A stretch of DNA of 63,965 bases, filler included, from Cladosporium halotolerans (taxonomy: Eukaryota), in assembly GCF_011745625.1 (NCBI RefSeq). It is 4 parts of 4 records of this genome, joined end to end, with 100 filler letters (N's around TTAATTAATTAA, not from the genome) between each part and the next. Parts side by side here need not be neighbours in the genome. Positions count along the whole stretch, not along the records: positions 56,530 to 63,965 come from NW_027191629.1; 3 more parts are not named here. One strand, written 5' to 3'. Both the position numbers and the translations under genes were made by a program. Below are positions 60,294-63,965 of the stretch, in pieces (position 1 is the stretch's first letter; every line of letters begins with the position of its first letter). A model generated the notes under the pieces. That model was not told the DNA's origin and searched no databases. It worked only from the letters and a program-made list of their open reading frames with translations.

Positions 60294-62528
60294 TCAGACG
60301 CCCAAACGCGGTCGCGGTCGTCTTACATGGGCGCTGCCAACCGTGGCGCCCTTTCTTTTGAGCATTGTGGTCTGCTTGTTGATCAACTCGGATTTGTGAA
60401 AGTCAATGATAAGGACGCGCTTCAACTCCGTATTCCACAAGACGTTTTCGCGCCTCAAATCACCGTGACGGACCCCCAGCCGGTATATCCTGTGAGCTGA
60501 CTTCATCGCGGCTTTCCTGGTACTAGAAGTCTCTTGCCACTGTGACTGTGTGAGCGGCTCTCCGCCCCAGCCCATCAAAAGCATATGTCGAATGTCGCCG
60601 GCCCCATGGAGATGATATGTCTGTGCCATGTCAATGGATCCAAGGAAAACAGGAACAGCAGAACCTTGCACGCCGCGGAGGATCTCGTAGAAACCCGCTT
60701 CGCGAGAAACCCTACTCCATAGCTCTGCGGTGGTCCCTTTCCCGACAACGGTATACCCGTACAAGGAACAACGAAGTTTAAAAGGGGCACCTGCCCGTCC
60801 GCACACTCCAAAAGGCTCACAGGAGTCCACGTCTTCATCAAGCTGCCTCTGGAGGGCGCAAACCATTTCCGCGAGAGTTATTTCGTGCCTCTCCGTCTCT
60901 TCGCCCCTGCGGTGGTCTGAGACATTCGGACATCTGAAATCCAGTGCGGCCCCATCTCGAAGGCCGAGCAAACATCGTTGAGTGCAGTAACGTGATGACA
61001 TGCGTCGCGTATGGCCGCCTCCGCCTGGCTGTGATGTCGTACGACGTTGCGCTGAAGGCTGTGGAGGCGACGAAGCGACTTGGCTGTGGTTACGCTTCCG
61101 GTGATGTGCGGTGGCGTTTGAGTCTGATTCTGATGAGGTCGACGCTTCGTCTGGGGCCGTTGAATCACCCGGTGAAGGCGTACATACGGGGTGTGACCGC
61201 GTGCTGCGTCGCCGTATTGCTCCATCAGGTGATCCAATGGGTGATGAAGGCACGTATTCCGAGCCTGGTGGAGTCTGATTTAGTTGCTCTTCCGGTATTT
61301 GCGATCGTGCATGCTCAAAGTCTGTCGCCCAGACGCGTATTGTTTTCTTTGCCTCGTTCCTCCACGCGTTGCTTCGAAGTGATGTCGCGCAGCACATAAG
61401 AGTGAAGCACAACAGCCGAGCAACAGCGGTGAGAGGGTAGTGATGGCTTTCATCGCCTGCAGACGGCACGTCTTTGTTCGGCACGCAAAGATGGTAGTAG
61501 AGCCTACTTGGCTCATCCTCCGGCACGTAAAGGAACACCAGCGCTATTCCTGTCGATATGTAGGAATACGCTAGGCCTTCTTGTATCATGACATGGTATT
61601 CTTGGACCAGTGCCGCGCCAGTCAGCCGCATTGCGTTGTACGTCAGCTTTTCTGCTGTTTCTGTGGGAACAGTCTCTGAATTGACGACTTCATCCCAGAA
61701 ATCCATCGGTCGCAGGCCCGCGCAGAGATTTTCTACAGATAATTTGTGTGGCGGCTTGTACTCGACTGTCATCAAGAGAGTGCTCCTGGAATCGTCCAAG
61801 CGATTGACGCAAAATTGGTCGGGTTGCATCCTGCCTGAATTTACGTCGGTCTCGCGAGCTTCGGCCGCCTCATCGTCAAGCGCGTTCGCATGGTTGTCGA
61901 AACGCAGGCCATGGCCAAGTCGAAGCTCTCTGCATGCTGCCGGGATCGAGCAAAGGGCAGACACAACATCCTGGACATGGCGATCCTTACCGGATTGTTC
62001 GATGAATTCGAGATCTTTTTCGCTACTGATGGGATTCCTGCGAAGCGAACGTCCGAGATCGTCCAACGCAATGACAGGCGAGAACAAGCGTGGCGCGTCC
62101 GCTCCAGCCGGTTGCAAGTAGCGAAGGACGATCTCGTACATTTCGGCTTGCTGCACGGCGAAGTCACCCCAGTGCTCGAGTCTGCTTGGGCAGTATTTTC
62201 CATGAGGAGTTGGAATACTGCCTTTCGTTGAACGAGACGCCCTCGCAACTGTCAAAGGCATTGATAAATGCGTATGGCAAGCTTCGAGGTACTCAGCAAG
62301 CGTCGTGTTCCGTATGCGCTGTTCTGCCTGACGCTGTTGCTCTTCTGCCTGACGCTGTTGCTCTTCTGCCTGACGCTGTTGCTCTTCTGCCTGACGCTGT
62401 TGCTCTTCTGCCTGACGCTGTTGCACTTCTGCCTGACGCTGTTGCTCTTCTGCACGTCTTTGCCCCTCCAGGGCCCTTGCAAGTTGTTCGCGCAAGTCGC
62501 CGTAGTCCGATACATTGTTGTTGGCCAT
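60294..62528 (-). CDS. Spok-family (Podospora spore-killer-like) protein: coiled coil, PD-(D/E)xK nuclease, Cys cluster, kinase-like domain; about 744 aa, intronless
   Basis: (EEQQRQA)n; TTLAEYLEACH; QPDQFCV...VEYKPPHKL; VQEYHVMIQEGLAYSYISTG; YCTQRCLLGL...LD..CPNV..H; GAPFKL...YGYTVVGKGT; QGSAVPVFLG; HMLLMGWGG; HGDLRRENVLWN...IIDF. Confidence 0.85.
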   Translation of the reverse strand: MANNNVSDYGDLREQLARALEGQRRAEEQQRQAEVQQRQAEEQQRQAEEQQRQAEEQQRQAEEQQRQAEQRIRNTTLAEYLEACHTHLSMPLTVARASRSTKGSIPTPHGKYCPSRLEHWGDFAVQQAEMYEIVLRYLQPAGADAPRLFSPVIALDDLGRSLRRNPISSEKDLEFIEQSGKDRHVQDVVSALCSIPAACRELRLGHGLRFDNHANALDDEAAEARETDVNSGRMQPDQFCVNRLDDSRSTLLMTVEYKPPHKLSVENLCAGLRPMDFWDEVVNSETVPTETAEKLTYNAMRLTGAALVQEYHVMIQEGLAYSYISTGIALVFLYVPEDEPSRLYYHLCVPNKDVPSAGDESHHYPLTAVARLLCFTLMCCATSLRSNAWRNEAKKTIRVWATDFEHARSQIPEEQLNQTPPGSEYVPSSPIGSPDGAIRRRSTRSHPVCTPSPGDSTAPDEASTSSESDSNATAHHRKRNHSQVASSPPQPSAQRRTTSQPGGGGHTRRMSSRYCTQRCLLGLRDGAALDFRCPNVSDHRRGEETERHEITLAEMVCALQRQLDEDVDSCEPFGVCGRAGAPFKLRCSLYGYTVVGKGTTAELWSRVSREAGFYEILRGVQGSAVPVFLGSIDMAQTYHLHGAGDIRHMLLMGWGGEPLTQSQWQETSSTRKAAMKSAHRIYRLGVRHGDLRRENVLWNTELKRVLIIDFHKSELINKQTTMLKRKGATVGSAHVRRPRPRLGV
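62322..62453 (-). repeat. 21-bp tandem repeat, about 6.3 copies, encoding the Spok heptad coiled coil
   Basis: Unit TTCTGCCTGACGCTGTTGCTC on the + strand; one copy has a single substitution. Confidence 0.95.
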
Positions 62529-63651
62529 TATGTTCGATTCTTTAGGAGAACCAGCGGTAGGACGGTTCGGTCGAGTCAAACCACTGGCCGAAGTGGCACA
62601 GGAAACAAGTTGGTTGTCGAACACCGTTTGATGGGTGAGAACAGGCCCAAAGAGCGGTACCTGCCATATTGACTACTGTTTGATACCAAGTCTTTAGGCT
62701 GCAGCCTTAACTTACTAACGCGTCGTGATGGCCCCTCTTTCAGCCGGGCCGGGCCGTTTCCCCGCACGCGGTCGGCACGTGTGCACATGCACCAAGCAAT
62801 CCTGACTTCTTTCATTTTAGGGTCATGAGGACCATATCGCACTCTCAAGGTTCGCACTTCCCAGCCACCAGACCACGCGTTGCTTGCACAAAGTAGCTCA
62901 GAGGCAGGTCTAGCGATACGCTGCGGCCTTCCGCTCCATCTCCTAGCTTCTGCATCTGCTCCTTGTTCTAACATCCATGCAGCACTGGGAAATGCAGTCG
63001 TCGCTTGTTGGCCCTCTGATGCGATGCAATGGCCCCTGAAACAGGCTTCATCGACCCGCGGGTCGCCTTTAATCGGGAAGCGCGCCAGAGCCGACATTGC
63101 TCCATCCAAGGCGCGACCTTGACACAACATCTTGCTTCCTCCAATGCACCACGACCGTGCACCCATGAAGTCAACCGCACTGTAGCAATGTTCGCTCAGC
63201 GCACATTTACGACGCACGCGTGCCTGTTACCCAAAACCTATATTCCGAAGCCTGATCGTTCAGCCCACCGCTCGATGGGCTCTTTTCCCGCCCAACCTAC
63301 AGCGGTCCCTTTCTCTGAAAAGGGGCATACATCTAGGCCTCGAACCAGCCACGGCAAGACTCTCGAGCAACAATGCACTGCCACCACAACTCCTTCGCTG
63401 ATGGTACGCCTTGCTATTCGTCACGGAAAGGCTCACGTCAAGGTCGACCGGGTTGCACACAAAGCTTGGAAGAGAAGGCTCGTCGCGAGATTGGGCGTCG
63501 GCGGTTACAACAACAATGTGGCTTGAGGCACGACTTGGCCCCTTTGCAGCCTCTATGGTTGCTAGGGTAGGTCGACAGATTATGAGAGCGCCGATAAAAG
63601 CGCGGGCTGCAAATTCTCCACCAGACTTCCTGGTTCACGTCTTGTCATGTC

Positions 63652-63965
63652 CAGGGTGTTCATCAGACAGACAGACAAGATTTTCGGGAATGTCTGGTCT
63701 GCTTACCTAAGGAGCGGTGGCTTGTCTGTCTGTCTGAGGAATGGCAATGATTTGTCTGTCTGTCTGCATCACCTGCCAAGACATTCATCAGTCTTGGCAC
63801 GAACGACAGGCACTGTCGTACACACGAGAGAATGTGCTCATATGGTACAGTACCAAAGTGTCTATATACTTCAGATTATGTCCTCGTCGTACCAGCTGCG
63901 CAGAAGTTGCTGCGCCTCCGCGAGCTTGTACAGAGTCCGTGGCCTATCATTCCCGACCGAGTTTC
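63652..63965 (-). mobile_element. 3' end of a hAT element (CAGAC-type) including the transposase C-terminus; continues beyond the window
   Basis: TIR CAGGGTGTTCATCAGACAGAC at 63652; minus-strand NSVGNDRPRTLYKLAEAQQLLRSWYDEDII* (stop 63871-63873) is nearly identical to the C-terminus at 54175-54267. Confidence 0.88.

Noticed and set aside
62322..62453. CRISPR-like array
   Set aside because: Head-to-tail repeats with no spacers, in frame within a eukaryotic ORF.
38147..63652. Composite transposon, or a single copy, defined by the two CAGGGTGTTCATCAGAC ends
   Set aside because: The ends face outward, lie on different contigs, and their flanks (CCTAACAT versus GTCATGTC) do not form a TSD.
1..63965. 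One continuous 64-kb mobile element or supercluster linking PKS, regulators and Spok
   Set aside because: Contigs appear size-sorted, genes do not continue across gaps, and no captain or boundary repeats were seen.

Overview
Filamentous ascomycete (Pezizomycotina) genomic DNA, judged from GT-AG introns with CTRAC branch points and fungal gene families. The window is four contigs joined by artificial 100-bp spacers (N44-TTAATTAATTAA-N44). Contig lengths fall in descending order (>19.2, 18.57, 18.45 kb), so adjacency across the gaps is probably not biological. Contig A (1-19204): a LicD gene and a secondary-metabolite cluster (HR-PKS with degenerate MT and ER, FSH1/LovG-type hydrolase, NRPS-like A-T-R reductase). 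Contig B (19305-37877): an intact but divergent Ssk2-type MAPKKK among LINE and pogo remnants, plus a young hAT element (19-bp TIR, 8-bp TSD) splitting a sterol glucosyltransferase. Contig C (37978-56429): truncated pacC, a casein kinase I pseudogene, intact pac2, DUF3505, Tc1 and hAT remnants. Contig D (56530-63965): PAQR, a chromodomain-like protein, a frameshifted TBP and an intact Spok-family (spore-killer-like) gene. Overall it looks like a TE-rich accessory compartment (accessory chromosome or giant-transposon cargo) holding diverged copies of normally single-copy regulators plus a candidate meiotic driver. All family assignments come from motif recognition, not database searches.
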